64,000 nucleotides of DNA from Eledone cirrhosa. Its lineage: Eukaryota. The notes under the pieces were generated by a model that saw nothing but the letters and a program-made list of their open reading frames with translations, was not told where the DNA came from and made no database searches. Positions within the stretch are counted from its first letter, which is position 1. Each line of letters opens with the position of its first letter. Of this stretch, positions 18,501 to 35,790 are shown piece after piece. Location: positions 229,214,001 to 229,278,000 of the forward strand of contig OZ024741.1 of the NCBI GenBank assembly GCA_964016885.1, written 5' to 3'. Position numbers and translations under genes: made by a program.

Positions 18501-20056
18501 GAATGATACACATACACACCAGACTGATATACATACACACCAGACTGATTCACATACACACCAGACTGATACACATACACACCAGACTGATACACATACA
18601 CACCAGACTGATAAACATACACACCAGACTGATATACATACACAGCAGACTGATACACATACACACCAGAATGATACACATACACACCAGACTGATATAC
18701 ATACACACCAGACTGATACACATACGCACCAGACTGATACACATACACACCAGACTGATAAACATACACACAAGACTGATATACACATACACACCAGACT
18801 GATACACATACACACCACACTGATAAACATACACACCAGACTGATAAACATACACACAAGACTGATTGATATACATACACACCAGACTGATACACATACA
18901 CACCAGACTGATACACATACACACCAGACTGATAAACATACACACCAGACTGATATACACACACACCGACTGATACATATACACACCAGACTGATATACA
19001 TACACACCAGACTGATACACATATACACCAGACTGATACAAATACACACCTGATTGATATACATACACACCAGACTGATACACATACACACCAGACTGAT
19101 ACACATACACACCAGACTGATACACATACACACCAGACTGATACACATACACACCAGACTGATATACATACACACCAGACTGATACACATACACACCAGA
19201 CTGATATACATACACACCAGACTGATATACACACCAGACTGATACACATACACACGAGACTGACATACATACACACCAGACTGATATACATACACACCAG
19301 ACTGATACACATACACACCAGACTGATACACATACACACCAGACTGACATACATAAACACCAGACTGATACACATACACACCAGACTGATACACATACAC
19401 TCCAGACTGATACACATAAACACCAGACTGATACACATACACACCAGACTGATACACATACACACCAGACTAATACACATACACACCAGCCTGATACACA
19501 TACACACCAGACTGATATACATACACACGAGACTGATATACATACACACCAGACTGATATACATACACACCAGACTGATATACATACACACCAGACTGAT
19601 ATACATACACACGGGACTGATACACATACACACCAGACTGATACACATACACACCAGACTGATATACATACACAGCAGACTGATACACATACACACCAGA
19701 CTGATATACATACACACCAGACTGATACACATACACACCAGACTGATACACATACACACCAGACTGATTCACATACACACCAGACTGATACACATACACA
19801 CCAGACTGATACACATACACACCAGACTGATACACATACACACCAGACTGATATACATACACAGCAGACTGATACACATACACACCAGAATGATACACAT
19901 ACACACCAGACTGATATACATACACACCAGACTGATTCACATACACACCAGACTGATACACATACACACCAGACTGATACACATACACACCAGACTGATA
20001 CACATACACACCAGACTGATATACATACACAGCAGACTGATACACATACACACCAG
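15205..20056. repeat. Tandem duplication, 2 x 2,416 bp (115 units +1 bp), with an internal 1,387-bp periodicity (66 units +1 bp)
   Basis: Offsets 15667/18083, 16134/18550, 16638/19054, 17054/19470, 17474/19890 equal 2416; 15667/17054, 18083/19470, 19054/20441 equal 1387. Confidence 0.92.
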
Positions 20057-23000
20057 AATGATACACATACACACCAGACTGATATACATACACACCAGAC
20101 TGATACACATACGCACCAGACTGATACACATACACACCAGACTGATAAACATACACACAAGACTGATATACACATACACACCAGACTGATACACATACAC
20201 ACCACACTGATAAACATACACACCAGACTGATAAACATACACACAAGACTGATTGATATACATACACACCAGACTGATACACATACACACCAGACTGATA
20301 CACATACACACCAGACTGATAAACATACACACCAGACTGATATACACACACACCGACTGATACATATACACACCAGACTGATATACATACACACCAGACT
20401 GATACACATATACACCAGACTGATACAAATACACACCTGATTGATATACATACACACCAGACTGATACACATACACACCAGACTGATACACATACATACC
20501 AGACTGATACACATACACACCAGACTGATACACATACACACCAGACTGATATACATACACACCAGACTGATACACATACACACCAGACTGATATACATAC
20601 ACACCAGACTGATATACACACCAGACTGATACACATACACACTAGACTGACATACATACACACCAGACTGATATACATACACACCAGACTGATACACATA
20701 CACACCAGACTGATACACATACACACCAGACTGACATACATACACACCAGACTGATACACATACACACCAGACTGATACACATACACACCAGACTGATAC
20801 ACATACACACCAGACTGATATACATACACACTAGACTGATATACACACACACCAGACTGATACACATGCACACCAGACTGATATACATAAACACCAGACT
20901 GATACACATACACACTAGACTGATACACATACACACCAGACTGATACACATACACACCAGACTGATACACATACACACCAGACTGATATACATACACTCC
21001 AGACTGATACACATACACACCAGACTTATACACATACACACCAGACTGATATACATACACACCAGACTGATATATATACACACCAGACTGATACACATAC
21101 ACTCCACACTGATACACATACACTCCAGACTGATACACATAAACACCAGACTGATATACATACACACCAGACTGATATATATACACACCAGACTGATACA
21201 CATACACACCAGACTGATACACATACACTCCAGACTGATACACATAAACACCAGACTGATACACATACACACCAGACTGATATACATACACACCAGACTG
21301 ATACACATACACTCCAGACTGATACATATACACACCAGACTGATACACATACACACCAGACTGATACACATACACACCAGTCTGATACACATACACACCA
21401 GAATGATACACATACACACCAGACTGATACACATACACACCAGACTGATACACATACACACCAGACTGATATACATACACACCAGACTGATATACATACA
21501 CACCAGACTGATACATATACACACCAGACTGATACACATACACACCAGACTGATACACATACACACTTGACTGATATACATACACACCAGAGTGATATAC
21601 AAACACACCAGACTGATACACATACACTCCAGACTGATACATATACACACCAGACTGATACACATACACACCAGACTGATACACATACACACCAGTCTGA
21701 TACACATACACTCCAGACTGATACACATAAACACCAGACTGATACACATACACACCAGACTGATACACATACACACCAGACTGATACAAATACACACAAG
21801 ACTGATACACATAAACACCAGACTGATACACATACACACCAGACTGATACACATACACACCAGACTGACACACATACACTCCAGACTGATACACATAAAC
21901 ACCAGACTGATACACATACACACCAGACTGATATACATACACACCAGACTGATACACATAAACACCAGACTGATACACATACACACCAGACTGATACACA
22001 TACACACCAGACTGATATACATACACACCAGACTGATACACATACACTCCAGACTGATACATATACACACCAGACAGATACACATACACACCAGACTGAT
22101 ACACATACACACCAGACTGATACACATACACTCCAGACTGATACACATAAACACCAGACTGATACACATACACACCAGACTGATACACATACACACCAGA
22201 CTGATACACATACACTCCAGACTGATACACATAAACACCAGACTGATACACATACACACCAGACTGATATACATACACACCAGACTGATACACATAAACA
22301 CCAGACTGATACACATACACACCAGACTGATACAAATACACACCAGACTGATACACATACACACTTGACTGATATACATACACACCAGAGTGATATACAA
22401 ACACACCAGACTGATACACATACAGACCAGACTGATACACACACACACCAGACTGATACACATACACACCAGACTGATATACACATACACACCAGACTTA
22501 TACACATACACACCAGACTGATACACATACACACCAGACTGATACACATACACACCAGACTGATACACATACACACCAGACTGATATACATACACACCAG
22601 ACTGATATACATACACACCAGACTGATATACATACACACCAGACTGATATACATACACACGGGACTGATACACATACACACCAGACTGATACACATACAC
22701 ACCAGACTGATATACATACACAGCAGACTGATACACATACACACCAGACTGATATACATACACACCAGACTGATACACATACACACCAGACTGATACACA
22801 TACACACCAGACTGATTCACATAAACACCAGACTGATACACATACACACCAGACTGATACACATACACACCAGACTGATACACATACACACCAGACTGAT
22901 ATACATACACAGCAGACTGATACACATACACACCAGAATGATACACATACACACCAGACTGATATACATACACACCAGACTGATTCACATACACACCAGA

Positions 23001-24679
23001 CTGATACACATACACACCAGACTGATACACATACACACCAGACTGATACACATACACACCAGACTGATATACATACACAGCAGACTGATACACATACACA
23101 CCAGAATGATACACATACACACCAGACTGATATACATACACACCAGACTGATACACATACGCACCAGACTGATACACATACACACCAGACTGATAAACAT
23201 ACACACAAGACTGATATACACATACACACCAGACTGATACACATACACACCACACTGATAAACATACACACCAGACTGATAAACATACACACAAGACTGA
23301 TTGATATACATACACACCAGACTGATACACATACACACCAGACTGATAAACATACACACCAGACTGATATACACACACACCGACTGATACATATACACAC
23401 CAGACTGATATACATACACACCAGACTGATACACATATACACCAGACTGATACAAATACACACCTGATTGATATACATACACACCAGACTGATACACATA
23501 CACACCAGACTGATACACATACATACCAGACTGATACACATACACACCAGACTGATACACATACACACCAGACTGATATACATACACACCAGACTGATAC
23601 ACATACACACCAGACTGATATACATACACACCAGACTGATATACACACCAGACTGATACACATACACACTAGACTGACATACATACACACCAGACTGATA
23701 CACATACACACCAGACTGACACACATACACTCCAGACTGATACACATAAACACCAGACTGATACACATACACACCAGACTGATATACATACACACCAGAC
23801 TGATACACATAAACACCAGACTGATACACATACACACCAGACTGATACACATACACACCAGACTGATATACATACACACCAGACTGATACACATACACTC
23901 CAGACTGATACATATACACACCAGACAGATACACATACACACCAGACTGATACACATACACACCAGACTGATACACATACACTCCAGACTGATACACATA
24001 AACACCAGACTGATACACATACACACCAGACTGATACACATACACACCAGACTGATACACATACACTCCAGACTGATACACATAAACACCAGACTGATAC
24101 ACATACACACCAGACTGATATACATACACACCAGACTGATACACATAAACACCAGACTGATACACATACACACCAGACTGATACACATACACACCAGACT
24201 GATACACATACACACTTGACTGATATACATACACACCAGAGTGATATACAAACACACCAGACTGATACACATACAGACCAGACTGATACACACACACACC
24301 AGACTGATACACATACACACCAGACTGATATACACATACACACCAGACTTATACACATACACACCAGACTGATACACATACACACCAGACTGATACACAT
24401 ACACACCAGACTGATACACATACACACCAGACTGATATACATACACACCAGACTGATATACATACACACCAGACTGATATACATACACACCAGACTGATA
24501 TACATACACACGGGACTGATACACATACACACCAGACTGATACACATACACACCAGACTGATATACATACACAGCAGACTGATACACATACACACCAGAC
24601 TGATATACATACACACCAGACTGATACACATACACACCAGACTGATACACATACACACCAGACTGATTCACATACACAC

Positions 24680-27600
24680 CAGACTGATACACATACACAC
24701 CAGACTGATACACATACACACCAGACTGATACACATACACACCAGACTGATATACATACACAGCAGACTGATACACATACACACCAGAATGATACACATA
24801 CACACCAGACTGATATACATACACACCAGACTGATTCACATACACACCAGACTGATACACATACACACCAGACTGATACACATACACACCAGACTGATAC
24901 ACATACACACCAGACTGATATACATACACAGCAGACTGATACACATACACACCAGAATGATACACATACACACCAGACTGATATACATACACACCAGACT
25001 GATACACATACGCACCAGACTGATACACATACACACCAGACTGATAAACATACACACAAGACTGATATACACATACACACCAGACTGATACACATACACA
25101 CCACACTGATAAACATACACACCAGACTGATAAACATACACACAAGACTGATTGATATACATACACACCAGACTGATACACATACACACCAGACTGATAC
25201 ACATACACACCAGACTGATAAACATACACACCAGACTGATATACACACACACCGACTGATACATATACACACCAGACTGATATACATACACACCAGACTG
25301 ATACACATATACACCAGACTGATACAAATACACACCTGATTGATATACATACACACCAGACTGATACACATACACACCAGACTGATACACATACATACCA
25401 GACTGATACACATACACACCAGACTGATACACATACACACCAGACTGATATACATACACACCAGACTGATACACATACACACCAGACTGATATACATACA
25501 CACCAGACTGATATACACACCAGACTGATACACATACACACTAGACTGACATACATACACACCAGACTGATATACATACACACCAGACTGATACACATAC
25601 ACACCAGACTGATACACATACACACCAGACTGACATACATACACACCAGACTGATACACATACACACCAGACTGATACACATACACACCAGACTGATACA
25701 CATACACACCAGACTGATATACATACACACTAGACTGATATACACACACACCAGACTGATACACATGCACACCAGACTGATATACATACACACCAGACTG
25801 ATACACATACACACTAGACTGATACACATACACACCAGACTGATACACATACACACCAGACTGATACACATACACACCAGACTGATATACATACACTCCA
25901 GACTGATACACATACACACCAGACTTATACACATACACACCAGACTGATATACATACACACCAGACTGATATATATACACACCAGACTGATACACATACA
26001 CTCCACACTGATACACATACACTCCAGACTGATACACATAAACACCAGACTGATATACATACACACCAGACTGATATATATACACACCAGACTGATACAC
26101 ATACACACCAGACTGATACACATACACTCCAGACTGATACACATAAACACCAGACTGATACACATACACACCAGACTGATATACATACACACCAGACTGA
26201 TACACATACACTCCAGACTGATACATATACACACCAGACTGATACACATACACACCAGACTGATACACATACACACCAGTCTGATACACATACACACCAG
26301 AATGATACACATACACACCAGACTGATACACATACACACCAGACTGATACACATACACACCAGACTGATATACATACACACCAGACTGATATACATACAC
26401 ACCAGACTGATACATATACACACCAGACTGATACACATACACACCAGACTGATACACATACACACTTGACTGATATACATACACACCAGAGTGATATAGA
26501 AACACACCAGACTGATACACATACACTCCAGACTGATACATATACACACCAGACTGATACACATACACACCAGACTGATACACATACACACCAGTCTGAT
26601 ACACATACACTCCAGACTGATACACATAAACACCAGACTGATACACATACACACCAGACTGATATACACACACACCGACTGATACATATACACACCAGAC
26701 TGATATACATACACACCAGACTGATACACATATACACCAGACTGATACAAATACACACCTGATTGATATACATACACACCAGACTGATACACATACACAC
26801 CAGACTGATACACATACATACCAGACTGATACACATACACACCAGACTGATACACATACACACCAGACTGATACACATACACACCAGACTGATATACATA
26901 CACACCAGACTGATATACACACCAGACTGATACACATACACACTAGACTGACATACATACACACCAGACTGATACACATACACACCAGACTGACACACAT
27001 ACACTCCAGACTGATACACATAAACACCAGACTGATACACATACACACCAGACTGATATACATACACACCAGACTGATACACATAAACACCAGACTGATA
27101 CACATACACACCAGACTGATACACATACACACCAGACTGATATACATACACACCAGACTGATACACATACACTCCAGACTGATACATATACACACCAGAC
27201 AGATACACATACACACCAGACTGATACACATACACACCAGACTGATACACATACACTCCAGACTGATACACATAAACACCAGACTGATACACATACACAC
27301 CAGACTGATACACATACACACCAGACTGATACACATACACTCCAGACTGATACACATAAACACCAGACTGATACACATACACACCAGACTGATATACATA
27401 CACACCAGACTGATACACATAAACACCAGACTGATACACATACACACCAGACTGATACACATACACACCAGACTGATACACATACACACCAGACTGATAT
27501 ACATACACAGCAGACTGATACACATACACACCAGAATGATACACATACACACCAGACTGATATACATACACACCAGACTGATTCACATACACACCAGACT

Positions 27601-30600
27601 GATACACATACACACCAGACTGATACACATACACACCAGACTGATACACATACACACCAGACTGATATACATACACAGCAGACTGATACACATACACACC
27701 AGAATGATACACATACACACCAGACTGATATACATACACACCAGACTGATACACATACGCACCAGACTGATACACATACACACCAGACTGATAAACATAC
27801 ACACAAGACTGATATACACATACACACCAGACTGATACACATACACACCACACTGATAAACATACACACCAGACTGATAAACATACACACAAGACTGATT
27901 GATATACATACACACCAGACTGATACACATACACACCAGACTGATACACATACACACCAGACTGATAAACATACACACCAGACTGATATACACACACACC
28001 GACTGATACATATACACACCAGACTGATATACATACACACCAGACTGATACACATATACACCAGACTGATACAAATACACACCTGATTGATATACATACA
28101 CACCAGACTGATACACATACACACCAGACTGATACACATACATACCAGACTGATACACATACACACCAGACTGATACACATACACACCAGACTGATATAC
28201 ATACACACCAGACTGATACACATACACACCAGACTGATATACATACACACCAGACTGATATACACACCAGACTGATACACATACACACTAGACTGACATA
28301 CATACACACCAGACTGATATACATACACACCAGACTGATACACATACACACCAGACTGATACACATACACACCAGACTGACATACATACACACCAGACTG
28401 ATACACATACACACCAGACTGATACACATACACACCAGACTGATACACATACACACCAGACTGATATACATACACACTAGACTGATATACACACACACCA
28501 GACTGATACACATGCACACCAGACTGATATACATACACACCAGACTGATACACATACACACTAGACTGATACACATACACACCAGACTGATACACATACA
28601 CACCAGACTGATACACATACACACCAGACTGATATACATACACTCCAGACTGATACACATACACACCAGACTTATACACATACACACCAGACTGATATAC
28701 ATACACACCAGACTGATATATATACACACCAGACTGATACACATACACTCCACACTGATACACATACACTCCAGACTGATACACATAAACACCAGACTGA
28801 TATACATACACACCAGACTGATATATATACACACCAGACTGATACACATACACACCAGACTGATACACATACACTCCAGACTGATACACATAAACACCAG
28901 ACTGATACACATACACACCAGACTGATATACATACACACCAGACTGATACACATACACTCCAGACTGATACATATACACACCAGACTGATACACATACAC
29001 ACCAGACTGATACACATACACACCAGTCTGATACACATACACACCAGAATGATACACATACACACCAGACTGATACACATACACACCAGACTGATACACA
29101 TACACACCAGACTGATATACATACACACCAGACTGATATACATACACACCAGACTGATACATATACACACCAGACTGATACACATACACACCAGACTGAT
29201 ACACATACACACTTGACTGATATACATACACACCAGAGTGATATACAAACACACCAGACTGATACACATACACTCCAGACTGATACATATACACACCAGA
29301 CTGATACACATACACACCAGACTGATACACATACACACCAGTCTGATACACATACACTCCAGACTGATACACATAAACACCAGACTGATACACATACACA
29401 CCAGACTGATATACACACACACCGACTGATACATATACACACCAGACTGATATACATACACACCAGACTGATACACATATACACCAGACTGATACAAATA
29501 CACACCTGATTGATATACATACACACCAGACTGATACACATACACACCAGACTGATACACATACATACCAGACTGATACACATACACACCAGACTGATAC
29601 ACATACACACCAGACTGATATACATACACACCAGACTGATACACATACACACCAGACTGATATACATACACACCAGACTGATATACACACCAGACTGATA
29701 CACATACACACTAGACTGACATACATACACACCAGACTGATACACATACACACCAGACTGACACACATACACTCCAGACTGATACACATAAACACCAGAC
29801 TGATACACATACACACCAGACTGATATACATACACACCAGACTGATACACATAAACACCAGACTGATACACATACACACCAGACTGATACACATACACAC
29901 CAGACTGATATACATACACACCAGACTGATACACATACACTCCAGACTGATACATATACACACCAGACAGATACACATACACACCAGACTGATACACATA
30001 CACACCAGACTGATACACATACACTCCAGACTGATACACATAAACACCAGACTGATACACATACACACCAGACTGATACACATACACACCAGACTGATAC
30101 ACATACACTCCAGACTGATACACATAAACACCAGACTGATACACATACACACCAGACTGATATACATACACACCAGACTGATACACATAAACACCAGACT
30201 GATACACATACACACCAGACTGATACACATACACACCAGACTGATACACATACACACCAGACTGATATACATACACAGCAGACTGATACACATACACACC
30301 AGAATGATACACATACACACCAGACTGATATACATACACACCAGACTGATTCACATACACACCAGACTGATACACATACACACCAGACTGATACACATAC
30401 ACACCAGACTGATACACATACACACCAGACTGATATACATACACAGCAGACTGATACACATACACACCAGAATGATACACATACACACCAGACTGATATA
30501 CATACACACCAGACTGATACACATACGCACCAGACTGATACACATACACACCAGACTGATAAACATACACACAAGACTGATATACACATACACACCAGAC

Positions 30601-33600
30601 TGATACACATACACACCACACTGATAAACATACACACCAGACTGATAAACATACACACAAGACTGATTGATATACATACACACCAGACTGATACACATAC
30701 ACACCAGACTGATACACATACACACCAGACTGATAAACATACACACCAGACTGATATACACACACACCGACTGATACATATACACACCAGACTGATATAC
30801 ATACACACCAGACTGATACACATATACACCAGACTGATACAAATACACACCTGATTGATATACATACACACCAGACTGATACACATACACACCAGACTGA
30901 TACACATACATACCAGACTGATACACATACACACCAGACTGATACACATACACACCAGACTGATATACATACACACCAGACTGATACACATACACACCAG
31001 ACTGATATACATACACACCAGACTGATATACACACCAGACTGATACACATACACACTAGACTGACATACATACACACCAGACTGATATACATACACACCA
31101 GACTGATACACATACACACCAGACTGATACACATACACACCAGACTGACATACATACACACCAGACTGATACACATACACACCAGACTGATACACATACA
31201 CACCAGACTGATACACATACACACCAGACTGATATACATACACACTAGACTGATATACACACACACCAGACTGATACACATGCACACCAGACTGATATAC
31301 ATACACACCAGACTGATACACATACACACTAGACTGATACACATACACACCAGACTGATACACATACACACCAGACTGATACACATACACACCAGACTGA
31401 TATACATACACTCCAGACTGATACACATACACACCAGACTTATACACATACACACCAGACTGATATACATACACACCAGACTGATATATATACACACCAG
31501 ACTGATACACATACACTCCACACTGATACACATACACTCCAGACTGATACACATAAACACCAGACTGATATACATACACACCAGACTGATATATATACAC
31601 ACCAGACTGATACACATACACACCAGACTGATACACATACACTCCAGACTGATACACATAAACACCAGACTGATACACATACACACCAGACTGATATACA
31701 TACACACCAGACTGATACACATACACTCCAGACTGATACATATACACACCAGACTGATACACATACACACCAGACTGATACACATACACACCAGTCTGAT
31801 ACACATACACACCAGAATGATACACATACACACCAGACTGATACACATACACACCAGACTGATACACATACACACCAGACTGATATACATACACACCAGA
31901 CTGATATACATACACACCAGACTGATACATATACACACCAGACTGATACACATACACACCAGACTGATACACATACACACTTGACTGATATACATACACA
32001 CCAGAGTGATATACAAACACACCAGACTGATACACATACACTCCAGACTGATACATATACACACCAGACTGATACACATACACACCAGACTGATACACAT
32101 ACACACCAGTCTGATACACATACACTCCAGACTGATACACATAAACACCAGACTGATACACATACACACCAGACTGATATACACACACACCGACTGATAC
32201 ATATACACACCAGACTGATATACATACACACCAGACTGATACACATATACACCAGACTGATACAAATACACACCTGATTGATATACATACACACCAGACT
32301 GATACACATACACACCAGACTGATACACATACATACCAGACTGATACACATACACACCAGACTGATACACATACACACCAGACTGATATACATACACACC
32401 AGACTGATACACATACACACCAGACTGATATACATACACACCAGACTGATATACACACCAGACTGATACACATACACACTAGACTGACATACATACACAC
32501 CAGACTGATAGACATACACACCAGACTGACACACATACACTCCAGACTGATACACATAAACACCAGACTGATACACATACACACCAGACTGATATACATA
32601 CACACCAGACTGATACACATAAACACCAGACTGATACACATACACACCAGACTGATACACATACACACCAGACTGATATACATACACACCAGACTGATAC
32701 ACATACACTCCAGACTGATACATATACACACCAGACAGATACACATACACACCAGACTGATACACATACACACCAGACTGATACACATACACTCCAGACT
32801 GATACACATAAACACCAGACTGATACACATACACACCAGACTGATACACATACACACCAGACTGATACACATACACTCCAGACTGATACACATAAACACC
32901 AGACTGATACACATACACACCAGACTGATATACATACACACCAGACTGATACACATAAACACCAGACTGATACACATACACACCAGACTGATACACATAC
33001 ACACCAGACTGATACACATACACACCAGACTGATATACATACACAGCAGACTGATACACATACACACCAGAATGATACACATACACACCAGACTGATATA
33101 CATACACACCAGACTGATTCACATACACACCAGACTGATACACATACACACCAGACTGATACACATACACACCAGACTGATACACATACACACCAGACTG
33201 ATATACATACACAGCAGACTGATACACATACACACCAGAATGATACACATACACACCAGACTGATATACATACACACCAGACTGATACACATACGCACCA
33301 GACTGATACACATACACACCAGACTGATAAACATACACACAAGACTGATATACACATACACACCAGACTGATACACATACACACCACACTGATAAACATA
33401 CACACCAGACTGATAAACATACACACAAGACTGATTGATATACATACACACCAGACTGATACACATACACACCAGACTGATACACATACACACCAGACTG
33501 ATAAACATACACACCAGACTGATATACACACACACCGACTGATACATATACACACCAGACTGATATACATACACACCAGACTGATACACATATACACCAG

Positions 33601-35790
33601 ACTGATACAAATACACACCTGATTGATATACATACACACCAGACTGATACACATACACACCAGACTGATACACATACATACCAGACTGATACACATACAC
33701 ACCAGACTGATACACATACACACCAGACTGATATACATACACACCAGACTGATACACATACACACCAGACTGATATACATACACACCAGACTGATATACA
33801 CACCAGACTGATACACATACACACTAGACTGACATACATACACACCAGACTGATATACATACACACCAGACTGATACACATACACACCAGACTGATACAC
33901 ATACACACCAGACTGACATACATACACACCAGACTGATACACATACACACCAGACTGATACACATACACACCAGACTGATACACATACACACCAGACTGA
34001 TATACATACACACTAGACTGATATACACACACACCAGACTGATACACATGCACACCAGACTGATATACATACACACCAGACTGATACACATACACACTAG
34101 ACTGATACACATACACACCAGACTGATACACATACACACCAGACTGATACACATACACACCAGACTGATATACATACACTCCAGACTGATACACATACAC
34201 ACCAGACTTATACACATACACACCAGACTGATATACATACACACCAGACTGATATATATACACACCAGACTGATACACATACACTCCACACTGATACACA
34301 TACACTCCAGACTGATACACATAAACACCAGACTGATATACATACACACCAGACTGATATATATACACACCAGACTGATACACATACACACCAGACTGAT
34401 ACACATACACTCCAGACTGATACACATAAACACCAGACTGATACACATACACACCAGACTGATATACATACACACCAGACTGATACACATACACTCCAGA
34501 CTGATACATATACACACCAGACTGATACACATACACACCAGACTGATACACATACACACCAGTCTGATACACATACACACCAGAATGATACACATACACA
34601 CCAGACTGATACACATACACACCAGACTGATACACATACACACCAGACTGATATACATACACACCAGACTGATATACATACACACCAGACTGATACATAT
34701 ACACACCAGACTGATACACATACACACCAGACTGATACACATACACACTTGACTGATATACATACACACCAGAGTGATATACAAACACACCAGACTGATA
34801 CACATACACTCCAGACTGATACATATACACACCAGACTGATACACATACACACCAGACTGATACACATACACACCAGTCTGATACACATACACTCCAGAC
34901 TGATACACATAAACACCAGACTGATACACATACACACCAGACTGATATACACACACACCGACTGATACATATACACACCAGACTGATATACATACACACC
35001 AGACTGATACACATATACACCAGACTGATACAAATACACACCTGATTGATATACATACACACCAGACTGATACACATACACACCAGACTGATACACATAC
35101 ATACCAGACTGATACACATACACACCAGACTGATACACATACACACCAGACTGATATACATACACACCAGACTGATACACATACACACCAGACTGATATA
35201 CATACACACCAGACTGATATACACACCAGACTGATACACATACACACTAGACTGACATACATACACACCAGACTGATACACATACACACCAGACTGACAC
35301 ACATACACTCCAGACTGATACACATAAACACCAGACTGATACACATACACACCAGACTGATATACATACACACCAGACTGATACACATAAACACCAGACT
35401 GATACACATACACACCAGACTGATACACATACACACCAGACTGATATACATACACACCAGACTGATACACATACACTCCAGACTGATACATATACACACC
35501 AGACAGATACACATACACACCAGACTGATACACATACACACCAGACTGATACACATACACTCCAGACTGATACACATAAACACCAGACTGATACACATAC
35601 ACACCAGACTGATACACATACACACCAGACTGATACACATACACTCCAGACTGATACACATAAACACCAGACTGATACACATACACACCAGACTGATATA
35701 CATACACACCAGACTGATACACATAAACACCAGACTGATACACATACACACCAGACTGATACACATACACACCAGACTGATACACATACA
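24680..35790. repeat. Near-perfect higher-order repeat, 4 copies of 2,768 bp (132 units -4 bp; first copy 2,747 bp, one unit shorter)
   Basis: Offsets 27536/30304/33072, 28087/30855/33623, 28512/31280/34048, 29213/31981/34749 equal 2768; 25340/28087 equals 2747. Indels per copy +2,+4,-1,-4,-1,-4 sum to -4, matching 132x21-4. Confidence 0.95.
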
